Below are positions 40,651 through 54,015 of a DNA stretch of 64,000 nucleotides, piece by piece. The notes beneath the pieces are model-generated. The model was given only the letters and a program-made list of their open reading frames with translations. It ran no database searches and was not told where the DNA came from. The position numbers and the translations under genes were made by a program. The stretch is from Sarea resinae (Eukaryota), in NCBI GenBank assembly GCA_026026165.1, contig JAPEUD010000019.1, positions 124,001 through 188,000 of the forward strand, given 5' to 3'. The first letter of the stretch is position 1; each line of letters opens with the position of its first letter.

Positions 40651-43600
40651 TCACTCGCCCATCTCGACATCACCATCCACATCAACAAGGCCAGAGCCAG
40701 GGTCAGGGACTCCAGCCTCAGGAAAGACCCACTCATGAACCGCCGCTTCGGCCTCGCGCACCTCTTCCCCTTCTTCAATCGGCATGGCCTCGGCCCCGAT
40801 CGTCGTGTTCTGCTGCGCCGCCGCCACGATGCCGGCATACCAGTCACGAAGGCGGCCTTTGTCGAGATAGTGCTGCAGGGCGTCGTTCTCGGCCTGCAGG
40901 TCGTGCGCGACGGGTTCGACGAGGTCTTCTTTGGTGCCGAAGAGCGGGCGGAGCTCGCGCGGCTCGCAGCCGGCGCCGAGGACTTGGTCGGGCGAGAGGA
41001 GGGGGACGGAGATGTTTTTGTAGACGTCTAGAAAGTAGTCCGGGCGTTAGTCCAGTCTTCTGCACATGGGAGGAGTACCAGTATATCACGTACGAGCGAG
41101 ATGGCAATCCCTCAAGGTTCGGAACAAGAACGTGTCGTGCGTGGTCTGCTCGACGGCGGCGTCGTCCATGTTGGCCGTGTTGTTGATTTCTTCCCAGTCG
41201 TCTTTGATCATGCAGCGCCTCCAGATGATTTTCTCCATCAGTGCTTTCCGGTCCTTGTTCATCCCCTTTTCGCTTAGTCGGAGAATTTGCAAAGCCAATG
41301 TGAATTCCTGGCCGGCAATCGAGTCTTCGCCGTGGGTGTCTTCGGTCTTCGAGGTCGAGTCCATGAGGGTTAGAACGTTGATCAACTGTTCGGGGTTCAT
41401 TGTTTGATGGCTGACGAGACTTGCGATGCCGAGTTCCAGTAGTTGATGTAGTGCCGGCTTACCCTTGACAGTCTCGACGCCGTATTGATCCATAGCGAGC
41501 TGCAATGCTGCTTTGTCATCAATGGCTCCATATAGGGCCGGATGCATGTGGTTGAAAACCCTCTCCTGGATCTCGACGAGGGTGAGTTCATCATTGATAG
41601 ACTCGACTCTGTCTTGAATGTCCTCGTCCGAGACTTGTTTTCCTTCATGTCCCGCAAGCCATGCCAGCTTCCCCAGACTCAGCTCGACCTTCTTGCCCCA
41701 CAAGTCTTTTTCCTGCTTCTGAGCTATATCCAACAAAGTGTTGGAAGCATTCAAGTAGTCGTGCTCTCCAGTGATGTCATTGATCCAGCACAGTTTTGAC
41801 CAGCGGGGATCTTGGCGCAGAAATCTACTCAGATAGGGCTGGAACTCGTTATTATCGTCCAAGAGGCTGCCGAGTCGGTTCTGACGAATATAGTTGATGA
41901 ATAGTGCTCGCGCCCAGTCATCACCAAATTTACCAAAATAACGTGTGATGAGCTCCTGCATCCTTAGTAATCGATTTTCTGCAAAGGCTGCCTCTTCTGC
42001 GCTCACACCAGGCTCGGCGATCCTGAGGCTGAGATCCCCGACTTCCTCTCCCACCAAGGACACAAGTGCTTTCACCTCGCCGTATTTTTCGGCCAAGGCG
42101 ATTGCCTGGTCGGTCAGTCCCAACTGAGAAAGCTTCGTCATCTGGACTTCTCGAACACCGAAATGAGCAAGCTTGACATGGGTGCCAGCGTTTCTCATTG
42201 CGTCTTCTTCTTGCGCAAGACACCATCGATAATGCTCGATGTACGTCAGGCAGCACATCTCAACCAGTCGGACGTTCTCTTCGCCGACCTTTTTGACCAC
42301 CTTGGGATCCGGTCCTCCTTCAACGAGTGGCTTATTCCAGTGGCTGAGAGCCATCTCTCGAGCTAGATCGACTAAATTTTTGGTGGTATGTGCGACTGGC
42401 CAGGTTGACGTCCAGAATTGGGGCAGACCTTCATATGCAGATGTAAGTATCCCATCCTGCAAAGGCTCGTTCTCTAAGCCATAGATTTCCGCATTGAGCT
42501 CGCGGAATCTGAACGCCGTCTCTAGCGCCCCAAGTGATATGTCATCGGCTTCACTGATGAGGCCCATAATTGTTGGATGGTCTTTTGTCCCCTCATTGTA
42601 TACTTCGACCACCGCCTTCCAGGCCCATGGGACCAGATTCTCTAAACGCCATATGTCTTTGATGAACCACTGACGAACTTCGTCTAATTCTCCTAATTCT
42701 GGATCCGGCTCCGACTTCAAGTCTTCGTTCATCAAAACCACTATCTCGGAAAGGAGAGTGCTGTGTTTTCTATCCTTGTGCTTCAAACGGGAATCGTATG
42801 ACTTCCAAATAGCTCTACCAGAAGCTATTCTTTCCGCATTCCAAATCAATTTCCACTTTGTTAACCGAGATAGAGGAGGGTAGTTTGCTTTCATATGAAG
42901 CGCCAGATTCTGTAACGCGATTGCTTTCTGTCTCAACTGCTGATCTAGAGACGGATTCAGAGCTGGGATGAACTCGCTTGTCGTTTTCGTAATCTCATCA
43001 CTGATGGTCAAGGCGGCCATCTCGACTTCGTCTTGAGGGAACTGAACCTCAGACCGTCCAGAAAAGCTGAGCAAATTCTCGGAGTTCGCACCATAGAAAA
43101 CAGCCTGTTCAATCTTGCTTTTTGCCGTAATGATTGCTTGCTGTATGTCGTCGTTATTCTCTTTGGGCTCAAACGCAGCAACTCGAACAACTCCGTATCC
43201 CTTAATCAGAAGAGCGCAGCCTGGGTGTTTCGCCAGCTGTGTTTCGTCGTTCATCCTCGGCATGCGTTTATCATAGCTGTCTTCCACACCGCAGCCCACG
43301 ACGTGATAATCAGTGTCTTTGCGAAAGTCGATGGCATCCTCAAACGGCTCCGGAAGCTTGTGAGAATCGAATAAGAGTTGGGATTCGGGTGTATTCTCAG
43401 GTCCTTTGAGCGAAGCAAGTACGATTGCCGTGTCGAATACCACGAACGCTGTATGAGCAGGTTCGGGAAGATAAATTCGTGGTTTCCACTCAACATATGC
43501 TGGAACGGGAGTCGTATAGCATCTTATCTTATGGACCATTTGGACCTTGACTCTGTCGTTTCCCAAAAGCAGCTCTATCAACGAATATCCAGGCCCGTTG

Positions 43601-44934
43601 CTTGCTCTGGAAGCTACCAGCGCTATTATTGAAATTTCCGAACCAGGGCCGGCTATGCTGACGTCCGTGCTAGTCTCTGTGACCGGAGCAAAAGCGAAAT
43701 CAAGGACTTCATATGAGTGCTCGTCTTGGGCGTCCAGTCCAACAGAAGCCTTAATTTCTTGTCCAGCGTCAAACTCTCCTCGTAGAGTAACATGTCCAGA
43801 CCAATTTATATCCCAGCACTGGAATATGCCCTTCGCGCTAGCAATGACAACGTCTCTCTGGCCTCGAACGTGTGACTTTCCAGCCCTTGTAGCAACCACG
43901 TCCCGTCGCCAGCCTCCGCCTCCGAGAACATATTTGAGTCCGCTAAACAGGCCCCCACCGCCCGAGCTGGCACCATAGCTTCGGAGGACTTGTACGAGAA
44001 CAGCCGGTCTGCCTTGGGGATCCCTCACTCGGAGATGAGCTACTCGGCCACTACTGAGATTCAGGACGAAGCCCGCTGGCTCGGCATCGACGATCTGCAC
44101 GATGGTCTCGCCGGACAACATACTACCGATCGATCCCTCCACACACTGTTGTCGTTGTCGCATCAGATCCGCAGTTGCGGCACTTGCAATGGATTCCCAG
44201 TAAATGATTTGACCCGATACAGGCATTACTATGACTAAGCCCGGCTTTGTAGATGAGGCAGATCGTGTCGTAAGGGACCCGATTGGAAGCGGGTCTGAGA
44301 GTCCCCTTGACGCATTGCGAAGTTCGAAGGAAAAGCTCTCTGCTGGTAGCGACTGGGGCGACGTGTAAGACCAGATGTGGGCTTGAGTAGCGGTAATAGC
44401 GAGAGCATATCCGTGGGAGAAAGAGATTGCACCATGTAGACGCGCTATAGAATTATTAGCAGGTCCTAAATGAAGAGCAATGGCAGTTTCTACCGTTTTT
44501 CTCGGTGCGAAAATGGTCTGGAAAGGCGGGAAGCTGGGTAACTATGTAGCTGTCGTTCTTTGTCTACACCGCCGAATGTCAGCTTGCGCAAGCCATGAGT
44601 CAACAAGGAGTCCTACCAGCGTGAGGCTTCCATCACCCTTGCCTCCCCGCTTGCTTGATCTTGATTTCTCCCTCACGACCAATTGTTTTGGTCTCGAAGA
44701 AGCGTCTCCATCGAGACTGATGTTGCCTCGGTCGCCTTGCATTGACTCTTCTCCATCTTGCGCCTTCCCTGAGGGTAGTGAAAACGTGTCTTGGCTCAGG
44801 AAGCTGCGCTGCCTCTTCTTGTTACGTGGCGGAAGGCTGGCCGTAGATTCATCGGAGTGTGTTCGTTGCCGTCTTCTTGGATTGCGCGATGCAGGGAGGG
44901 TCGAAATATTGAGGGTAGAGTCGGGTGAGAACAT
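40651..44934 (-). CDS. NUP133: Nucleoporin Nup133/Nup132
   Basis: Four exons. MFSP...RNPRRRQR N-terminus, beta-propeller (PGLVIVMPVSGQIIYWESI), AKSKIEQAVFYG, LCWINDI, KVELSLGKL and IWRRCMIKDDW. Last exon ends GDVEMGE*. Confidence 0.88.
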
Positions 44935-46312
44935 GATGAATTGGATCTCAAAGATGATCGAGCGCAAGAGGCGCAGGAGCAGAAATCAAGCTTAAGCGGG
45001 TGATATCATCAAGACGATGAGGTGCGATTCATGTTGAAAACACGCTTGGCGGCCAAGAAGGTTTGTTGATGGCGATGCCGAGCTCGATCTACGGAATTTA
45101 GCGAGCCTGATCATGATGATCCCCACGGCATCTGCCGAGCCCTACACACTCTTTATTTACCTCCGGCTCTTACTTCACCTACCGCAGAATTAGTGTACGT
45201 CCAACATTGATGAACCAAGTATGTGCCATTGGCTAATAGTGGGTTTGCATAGAGAGGGTGGATACACTCCTCTGTCAGGATAGTATATAAATTCTATCAA
45301 TTCTTGTTCTTGCAGTGTTGAAGCTGTTGCTTGGCGTTGCGATTTCGAATCTAGCATTCATACCCGCGATTTTCCCATTGGCAGATTACTGCAGTAATTG
45401 ATAATCGATATCTCTCTTTGAGTTTAATCTACCTACTTGCCGCCTACTTCTGAACTACTGTGTTACTGGCCCAGAGAGTAGCCTACCTACCTCAGGTAGG
45501 TAGTAATCTGACAACCTCTTGCTAAGGCTCTTGTAACAGTACTATGCTGTCCCTCAACCTATCTGGGACTCTAGAAGAATAGCTCTAGGTCGACGAAAGT
45601 GATTCAAGATCTTACTATCTAACTTTCATGTACACTAATCTGTAGGTTGAATCTCTTTGCGATGAATTGATTTAATAATCCTTAGAAACGACATTTAATA
45701 AGAAGAGTATACCCTTCCTTATTAGAGGCAGAAGCTGCACCGTTGTGTTCGGCCTATCTTTGTCGTGTTCTGCCTCCATTTAAGGTAGGTACGACGCCTA
45801 CTCATGATACAATACTAACTACCTTGACTTCGACGCAGTAGCTACAGTACTAACTCCAGCTTGCTTCGCAACTACCTAGCCGTACCTTAGGTAAGCGGCA
45901 ATGTCCAGGCACAACAGTGTGGGACGGGAAAAGAGCGTAAGGGGAGAGACGCTCGGGTTGTCTTCCTACACGGTAGTATCCAAAAGCGGTTTCCCTTGGC
46001 ATTCCGATTCCCCTCAACAATGATAGTCTGTTTTATTCTGGCAGCTGCTTATCCATTGACTGTTCCACGGGCATCACACCGCTCGCATTACAAGACTGCA
46101 GGATCCCCTGCTTGCCAAGATGCCGTTTGCTCGGGATCCTCGAAAGGGGGAGGTCCCATTTGAGTGGGCGGACAGCTCGAGTGGTACCGGACTCGGGAAT
46201 AGAGCGACGAGAGGGGCCTAAGGTACTCAGTAAAGGACAGTACTCGAAGTACAAGCACCTCACCTAGTACCAAGCACCCAGTCAAGAGCGAGGTACGAGG
46301 TACGAGGCCCAA

Positions 46313-46340
46313 GTACGGGTACGGGTACGGGTACGGGTAC
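46313..46340 (+). repeat. (GTACGG)n hexamer repeat within a GTAC-rich patch
   Basis: About 4.5 tandem units. Confidence 0.85.
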
Positions 46341-47549
46341 TCGCCGTGCTCGGTAGAAGGAGGAGCGAGTCCTTGAGTCGGTTCCTGGCCAATCATCTCA
46401 AGGGCGCTGCTCCCTTTCCGAATACCGCTTGTGGTAGTGCACCTCATGGGTATCCCATTTCATCCATGGATCACTTCAACCATAGTTGAGCATGGCATTC
46501 AGTTAGTCTGACCGAGTCACGATCGAGGTGCTGGGCATGCTTTCCAAGACAGAGAGAGACCCAGCAGAATTCGAGAGAAAACGTCTTTGGCAGCGTCGTG
46601 TACCTGTTGAACCGGAGCGGCTGTTCCCATCTCTTGGCGTACGAAATCAATCGACTGACGACCTCGACCTACTGACTACTAACTGACTCGATCACCACTG
46701 ACCACGACCTTGTGAAGACAGCAGGAGGAGCGAGTACGCAGTAGTACTATGAGTAGGCTAGAGTATGGTAGCTGTAGCTGTTGCAGTAGGCAAGAGTGCT
46801 GGGTGCGGTGGTCGAAATGGGTCCTTGGTCCTCGTCGCAAGGTACGAGTACTGAGGAGGTGGTACCCTCCGCCACGTCTTGACCGACTCGAGCCAGCCAA
46901 CCGCTGCCAGGACGCAAGTAGCTGCGTACGGAAGTACTCCGAGGACTCGTATATCCTTGCCGCTACCTGGATCCTGCGCTGGTCCGGTACCAATTGAAAA
47001 CTTCCGCTTGCTGTTGCTGTTAGAGTCGAGGTGTGGCCGCCAGCCAGTACTATGAGTACCTTACTACTTGCTATGTACCTCCAGGCTCTTGGTCGCTGCT
47101 CCAAGCTGTGCCCGTAGCTGCGGTACTTCGTACCTCGTACACTGCGACTTCCTCCCCGACCTGGCACTTCCGTCTTCACAACTCATCATCCATCGAGACC
47201 ATCGTCCCTCTGCGATTTCCATCCGCTGCCTGATCTAGCAGGCACGCGGTTTGAGAGGCTCGCTCTCTCCCTCTCCCTCTCCCTCTCCCCCTCTCTCTTG
47301 ATCCCTCCTTCACTCCTCTGCTCCTCGCAGACATCTGTCGGCTGCTTGCAGAAGGGTGGACCGACAACTCCACACTCCCTTTTGACCTCTCGACACCGTG
47401 TGCCAAGCCATCCATCGACGTCGAGCTCTTCGGTCGGCCGTCAACGAAGTTTGAACGTCGTTCAGAAGTGCCATTTTCTGGATTGCAATCTTCCTGGCAG
47501 AGCTTTTGGGTCTGATCATTCGACTTCACTTGGGTGTTGTTGCCGACTG

Positions 47550-47628
47550 GTGAGTGTGAGGGCGAAGGCAGCAGCCGTTTCTGGCACATCATCTCCCAAC
47601 AGTGTTGTTGACGGTCGGCTTCTTTCAG
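47550..47628 (+). other. Probable 5'-UTR intron of the casein kinase I gene
   Basis: GTGAGT donor, GTTGAC branch (47607-47612) and TTCTTTCAG acceptor (alternative AG at 47637), inside an ATG-free stretch upstream of ATG 47717. Confidence 0.55.
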
Positions 47629-47716
47629 CTGTTGCAGGTTGTTTACCGTCACGGTCGACATCATTATCCCTCAATCTCTCATCACCACGAGCGTGTCATA
47701 GTCCATAGCCGCACCC

Positions 47717-49344
47717 ATGGCTTCATCATCGTCCAATGTCGTCGGTGTACACTACCGGGTGGGAAAGAAGATCGGCGAAGGCTCGTTCGGAGTCATCTTC
47801 GAAGGCACAAACTTGCTGAACAACCAGCAAGTCGCCATCAAGTTTGTACGTGGTCGTACGGTCGGACAGAGTGTTAGCGATTTGGGTTTCTAACGCATTG
47901 CCCTAGGAACCTCGCAAAAGTGATGCTCCACAACTACGAGATGAGTATCGAACCTATAAGATCCTCGTCGGATGCCGTAAGGATAGCAAACCCGCTTGAT
48001 TCGAGCTCATGCTGATGTGAACCAGCTGGAATTCCCAACGTCTATTATTTCGGCCAGGAAGGGCTACACAACATCCTCGTTATTGATCTTCTCGGACCCA
48101 GTCTCGAAGATCTTTTTGATCACTGCAACCGCAGATTCTCCGTCAAGACAGTGGTCATGGTTGCAAAGCAGATGGTGAGAGGCCACCATGAAATTGAAAT
48201 GGGAATGGGACAGGAAAATAACCTGGTTGTAGCTTTCACGAGTCCAGACCATACACGAGAAAAACCTCATCTATCGCGATATCAAGCCCGACAACTTCCT
48301 CATTGGTAGACCGCATACGAAAGCGGAGAACGTCATCCATGTTGTAGATTTCGGCATGGCGAAACAATACCGCGACCCCAAAACGAAACAGCACATCCCT
48401 TACAGAGAGCGCAAATCGCTATCTGGAACAGCACGATACATGAGCATCAACACGCATCTGGGCAGAGAGCAATCGCGGAGAGATGATCTCGAGGCGTTGG
48501 GACATGTGTTCATGTATTTCCTTCGCGGGGGACTGCCGTGGCAAGGGTTGAAGGCGGCAACGAACAAGCAAAAGTACGAAAAGATCGGAGAGAAGAAGCA
48601 GACGACTGCAATCAAAGATTTATGCGATGGCTTCCCAGGTATGCCGTGTTGATCAAAGACTTACGACCTTTCTGACCGTCTACAGAAGAGCTCAATCAGT
48701 ATCTCAGCTATGTCCGAAACCTTGGATTCGAGGACACACCCGACTATGATTACCTACGAGACCTTTTCACCCAAGCGCTTAAGAACAGGGGAGAAGTTGA
48801 AGACGGAGAGTATGACTGGATGAAGCTCAACCACGGCAAGGGATGGGACGTCCCTTCGCAACCGCACCAACCGAACTCATCAGCCAAGGCATTGCATAAT
48901 CGACCAGCACAGATCTCCCAAGCGCGTTTAAACGCAGCGCAACCCCCGACTCCTGCTCCGGGTCAACCGGGCCTGAGCAGTGCTGCGCATCGGCAAAGCG
49001 GCGTAAAACAAGCGCGTGAGAGCGGACCTATCGGGGGTTTGGCAGATGTTGGCGCAGCGAGGGCCTTGCAGGACGTGGGGACTCCGACCGGCTCGACTCA
49101 GGCTCAATACAATAAGAACAGCACATCGCACCTTCCGAGCACGTCTCACCTGCCTCGCGGGCCATCGAACATGGTTGTTCCACAACAGCCAGCAACGAGG
49201 CCGAGCCCCGAGCCGGAACCCACTCCTTGGCAGAAGATCCGGAAGGCCTTGTGTTGTGGTAGGTGAAGTCTGGATTGATGGTCAGCCATTTGACGGATCG
49301 ATTTCTCCTGGAAGCACGTGAGACTGATTCTTGTTGCAGGCTGA
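47717..49344 (+). CDS. Casein kinase I, membrane-anchored Yck1/Yck2/Cki-type
   Basis: Motifs: [39 protein letters not shown] and EQSRRDDLE, with a C-terminal Cys-Cys palmitoylation signal. Five coding-region introns; the last (49259-49339) gives CCG*. Confidence 0.95.
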
Positions 49345-50580
49345 GCGAGGAAACCCTCGTCTGACCTGTCGATGTCTTTATTTTCGCTGCTGCCGTCCTG
49401 TGTCCCGAACCCCCTATACGCGATCGCCATTAGGGGTTGTTTTCCCATGAAAAAGAGAACCCCAATCCTGATAGTTTTGCCACGGTGGAATAGTTTGTGC
49501 TTGTTCGTTTTAATTGCATATGGGCGTGCGTTCTCTTCGTTTGTGCTTCTTACTAATGACCCCTTGTCTTTTGGTGTGCCTGCCTGCCCTGCCTCTTTTG
49601 AGCTCTCTCCAGCGATCGATCCGACCCCGTTCCGCTATTACTACCACTCCTACCACCTTTATAGACTCATACACCCCATACGCGTACCACCTATGTCACA
49701 CCTCTTTCATCCCGTTTCCTAAATCCGAGTCTCTCTCCTCGATTCGTTAGGGTGTTTTCTTCATACCAATCAATCAATCAATAAGTCAATCAATCATTCA
49801 ATCGATGCACAAGCACAAACGCGCCGTCCCTCCTTGCCTCCCTCTCTCCCTCCCGCAGCTCGCCTTTTTTTTTCTTTGGCCAAGTGAGCATAATCATCGC
49901 ACGCTCCTCACCTCACCGACTTTTTTTTCATTTCCTTTGTTGGTCTGTTTGTTTGCAGAGTCTTTCCTTGGACGGCGGGCGGGCGGGCGGGCGGGCGGGT
50001 AGGCTACGATAACGCTCCAAGAGGGGAGGAGGAGGAGGAGGATGGATGGATGGATGATGAGCTGGTGGGCGGATGAGCAGATGCTACTACTACTGCTGCT
50101 GCTGTGTTTGTTAGTTTTCAAAATAGAAGAATGTGATTTCTCTCTCGTCTCTGTCTCTGTCTCTCTGTCTCTGTCTCTCTGTCTACATATGTGTAGGTAG
50201 GCTCTTGCCTCCCCTCTCTCTCTCCTCCCCTCCCTTCCCCTCCCTCGTCTCTCCCATCTCCTTTTCCTCATCTCCCATCTCCCATCTCGCATCTCTCCTC
50301 TCCTGTATTCCCTCTCTCGCCTCGCTCGCCCGCCCGCCCGCGTCGTCTCTTAGGTTCGAGTAGGGAGTAGGTATTGGTTAGAGTAGGTTGCATTAGGTAT
50401 TGGTTTAGGTTCAAGGAAGGGAAGGCAAGGTGGGTGTGTTATCAGTCAGGTGAGTATCTATGTGAAAGGTATATGTATAGGCATAGGTATCGGCCTGAGT
50501 AGGTGTAGGTGTAGGCGTGAGCAGGTGGAGGCATAGGTGACTGTTGAGGCTATTCATTATTGATTATTTTCCTCTTTCTT

Positions 50581-50636
50581 CTGGTCTGGGTCTGGGTCTG
50601 GGTCCGGGTCTAGGTCTGGGTCTGGGTCTGGGTCTG
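50581..50636 (+). repeat. (GGTCTG)n hexamer repeat
   Basis: About 9 slightly degenerate units. Confidence 0.85.
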
Positions 50637-51040
50637 CTCTATCCTACTCTAGAAAGGACTCCTAACACCATCACTAACAGATATCCCTTTTACTCCTACT
50701 CAATCAACTCAACTCATTCAGCTCGTTCGTTCTACTCCTACTCCTACTCCTTCTACTACTCATTCAACCCCTTGCAACCATCCTACTTTTCCCTCAACTC
50801 CCTCACCTCATTCAAGTTTTCGAAACCGTTCTACCTCTCTGAACGAATTGTTCCAACCACTAGTGTCGTTGTTAGTACTCTCACTACTATTATCCTTGAA
50901 ACCAGGATTTGTCTAGCCACCCACCCCCCCCCTAACACTCTTGTCTGATCATATAGATGAATCTATGCATAGAGATATAGATAGATGGATCGATGGATAT
51001 AGAGACGGGATATGTAAGTATGGATTTGCTTGTTTGGCTG

Positions 51041-51083
51041 TGTTCTGTTCTGTTCTGTTCTGTTCTGTTCTGTTCTGTTCTGT
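51041..51083 (+). repeat. (TGTTC)n pentamer microsatellite
   Basis: About 8 units. Confidence 0.9.
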
Positions 51084-51369
51084 TTGCTCTTCCTCCTTCT
51101 CTTTCCTTCCCTGCTCTCTTGGTGAGCCGGTCGATCGGTCGGGCGGTCGGACGGTAAAGGGACAACGAGATCTAGGGGCGAATGTACTCTCAGATCGGTA
51201 GTGAGGGTAGTGAGTGAGCAGGAGCGAAAAAGTCGGGGATGGAGCTGGGGAAGTGGGATGGCGGTCGCTGTTTCGAATTCGGGTTCGGATTCTCATTCTC
51301 ATTCTGTCTATCGTTCTAGTTCTAGTTCTAGTTCTCGTGACCATTACCATTACTATGCTCGTTACCACA

Positions 51370-53154
51370 TCAATTTCCATTTCCATTTCCATTTCCATCT
51401 TCATGAGCGTGAGTGTGGGCGGGAGCGGAAGTGGAAGCGCCGACGACGTGGACGGTGGCGAATCCGGGACTATTCTCTTTGCTGCCATCGCCGTCGCCTT
51501 CACGTCTCTCGACTCCGTCTTCGCTGTCCTCCCGACTTCCTTCTTCTCCAGCGGTACCACGGCCACCGTCACCATCCCCATCACCACCACCGTTAGCCTC
51601 TTCATCACCAGACTCCTCCTGATCGTCAGCCGCGCCGCCCTCGGGAGACACCAGCCCCCTCTCCTCATCCGGCTTGACCGGGCCCTTCTTCGCAGCCTCC
51701 TTATGCAAGGCGATGTAAATCGCGCTGCCGAGAATCAGGCTGCTGCCAAAGATGGACAGGACGCCCGGCGTGGTGCCGAAGACGGCCTTGTCGATGGCCA
51801 GCGCGAACAGCATCTGCGTGTAGACCATGTTGGTGGCGCGCGACGACGGGTCCGACGACAGGCCCGTCGTCAGCAGGAATTGCATGATGAAGCCGCAGAT
51901 GCCCAGGAGTGTCAGCAGCACCCACTCCTGGAGCCCGTGCGGCAGCTGGAACGTGATTCCCGGCACGAAGATCAGGCTGACCGTGCTGACGATCGTGCAC
52001 CATGTGGCGAAATAGTTGACGCTGATCAGCGGGTGCGCCCGCGGCCCGATCCATCGGATCGTCGTGTAGGCGCCGCCAGCGCCAAGGACGCCGAGCAGGC
52101 CGACCAGGACGGCCGCCAGTCGCTGGGACGGCGTTGGCTCGGGCGGGGTGTAGGGCGTGGCGGGGGCAGTGGAGTTGCTGGGAGAGAGGGCGTCGGAGTT
52201 GCCCGTCGCGATGCCAGGGGTGGCAGCAGACGAGGACGAGAAGAGTGCGGTGGGGCGGGCGATGAGGACGACACCGAAGAGGGAGAAGAGGGCCGCAATT
52301 TGCTGTTTGCGGGTAAAGGGCTCGTGTATCAGAAACGAGCACGCGATGCAGCTTACGATCGGGGAGAGGAAGGTCAGCACCGTCGCTTCTGCGAGAGGGA
52401 GGTAGAGGAGAGAGTCTGTGTCTTCAATCAGCGAGGGGTCCATTTCGAGTTTTGTCAAAGACAGGAGGCTTTACAGTAGATTCCGTAGACGCCAAAGAAC
52501 CCGGTCAAGCCACGGAGGACCAACAGCCAGCGAACATCGCGCGCTCCAAAGGGAAAGTAGGGGACATTGGTCTTCCACATGTAGAGAGTGCTCAGGACGA
52601 CCGTGACGCTCATTCGGGCGAACAGGATCTGATCCAGAATGTAAGCGTAGCTCGGCGCAAGAGAAGAGGCTAACCCTCACCTGAAATGGATGCATTCCCT
52701 TTCCGTCTTCCCTCGCCGTCTCCAAAAGCCGGGTCGTGCCGTTCATGACGGCACCGAAAAATTGCGACAGCATGACCAACACCAGACCTCTATTTTGCGC
52801 CCAAAACGCCTTGAGATGCAGCTTCCATCGTTCAATTCGACCCGACGGCCCCGGGGGCTGTCTCATCCCCCGCCACGGCGTCGAACTCGATCCCCCCAGA
52901 AGCCGCCCATTATCTGCATCTGCCGGGATGGTGGAGATCTCCGATAAGGTGTCTAGAGAGCGACGGCGGCCGTCAAAGGCATTCGTGGTGAGATATGCAT
53001 CGCCGGCTGGTTCCTTGCCGGAGACCCTGATGGCCAATGCTGGAGAAAGGTCTGCTTGAGTGGTCACGGTCGCCGACTCATTCTTGCCATCTCGAAGAAG
53101 AAGAGACTTGCCGTCTTCGATCTCCGGTACCGGCGGCGACGGAGACATTGCCAT
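51370..53154 (-). CDS. EamA/DMT-family membrane transporter
   Basis: Three exons. Motifs: GMHPFQILFARM, LLVLRGLTGFFG, YSLLYLPLAEATVLTFLSP, GVVLIARP, YTTIRWIG, HPLISVNYF and RATNMVYTQMLFA; multiple TM segments. Confidence 0.9.
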
Positions 53155-54015
53155 TCATTGCTAAGGACCCGCAAGGCGAATCTCTATCTCTCAATGCAGA
53201 GCGGAACAAGATCGAGAGGAAAGGATCATCGATATGTACAAGAGAGAAGAAATGCAGATGGAAAGGAGACCTGATGCGTCAAAGATATCGGTGGAGTTGA
53301 TGATTGCGGGCACGCCGCAAGCAGACATGCCCGCCGCTATCGACAAGGCGACTAGGGAATACTGCCATGATAGAGTCCGTGAGTAGTGTGATGATGTGAT
53401 GTGATTGGGTTTCCCATCTCGATTTACCCGCCCCCATCAATCGGTCCCCACCCGTGGACAAATACATGCCCCGAATCACCGAGGAGACATTGCAATCAAT
53501 AATAACATTCTGGTGGAGAAGCATCCCGTCTCTTCACATTACATTACATTACATCCAGACATCCCCACATTGGAAGGGAGTCGACTCTGCTCCCTCTGTA
53601 GCAGAAGATCAAGGCCCAGACGCTAACGAACGCGACTGTCGTTTCTCGCGTGCGGATGAGCGATTGACAGCTGACAAGCACGCGACAGCCACAGTGAGAT
53701 GGATGTATCCACATATGTGTGGATCGCTGCATCTGGATATCAATGATGACTATCGTGTACCTCGTACTCGGAGGATCAACTTGAATGCGTGACTTGAATA
53801 AATTCAAATAGGCTGTAGGCTGATCAACAGAGGCTCTCAGAGAGAGGCTACTATCGCGAGGCTGTACAGACGGGACAATCAATCGAAGACTGATGCTAGC
53901 CTTTAATGTGTCCATGATTCATTCAATGGCTCCGTAGATTGCCAGTCTAGATAACGTCTACGTCTATGATCTATCTTGCTTGGTTTGCGTTACCTCTGCA
54001 CCCATGCCTCGGCGA

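Noticed and set aside
51214..52479. 421-aa plus-strand ORF
   Set aside because: Antisense shadow of the GC3-rich EamA last exon plus hexamer repeats; no independent protein signature.
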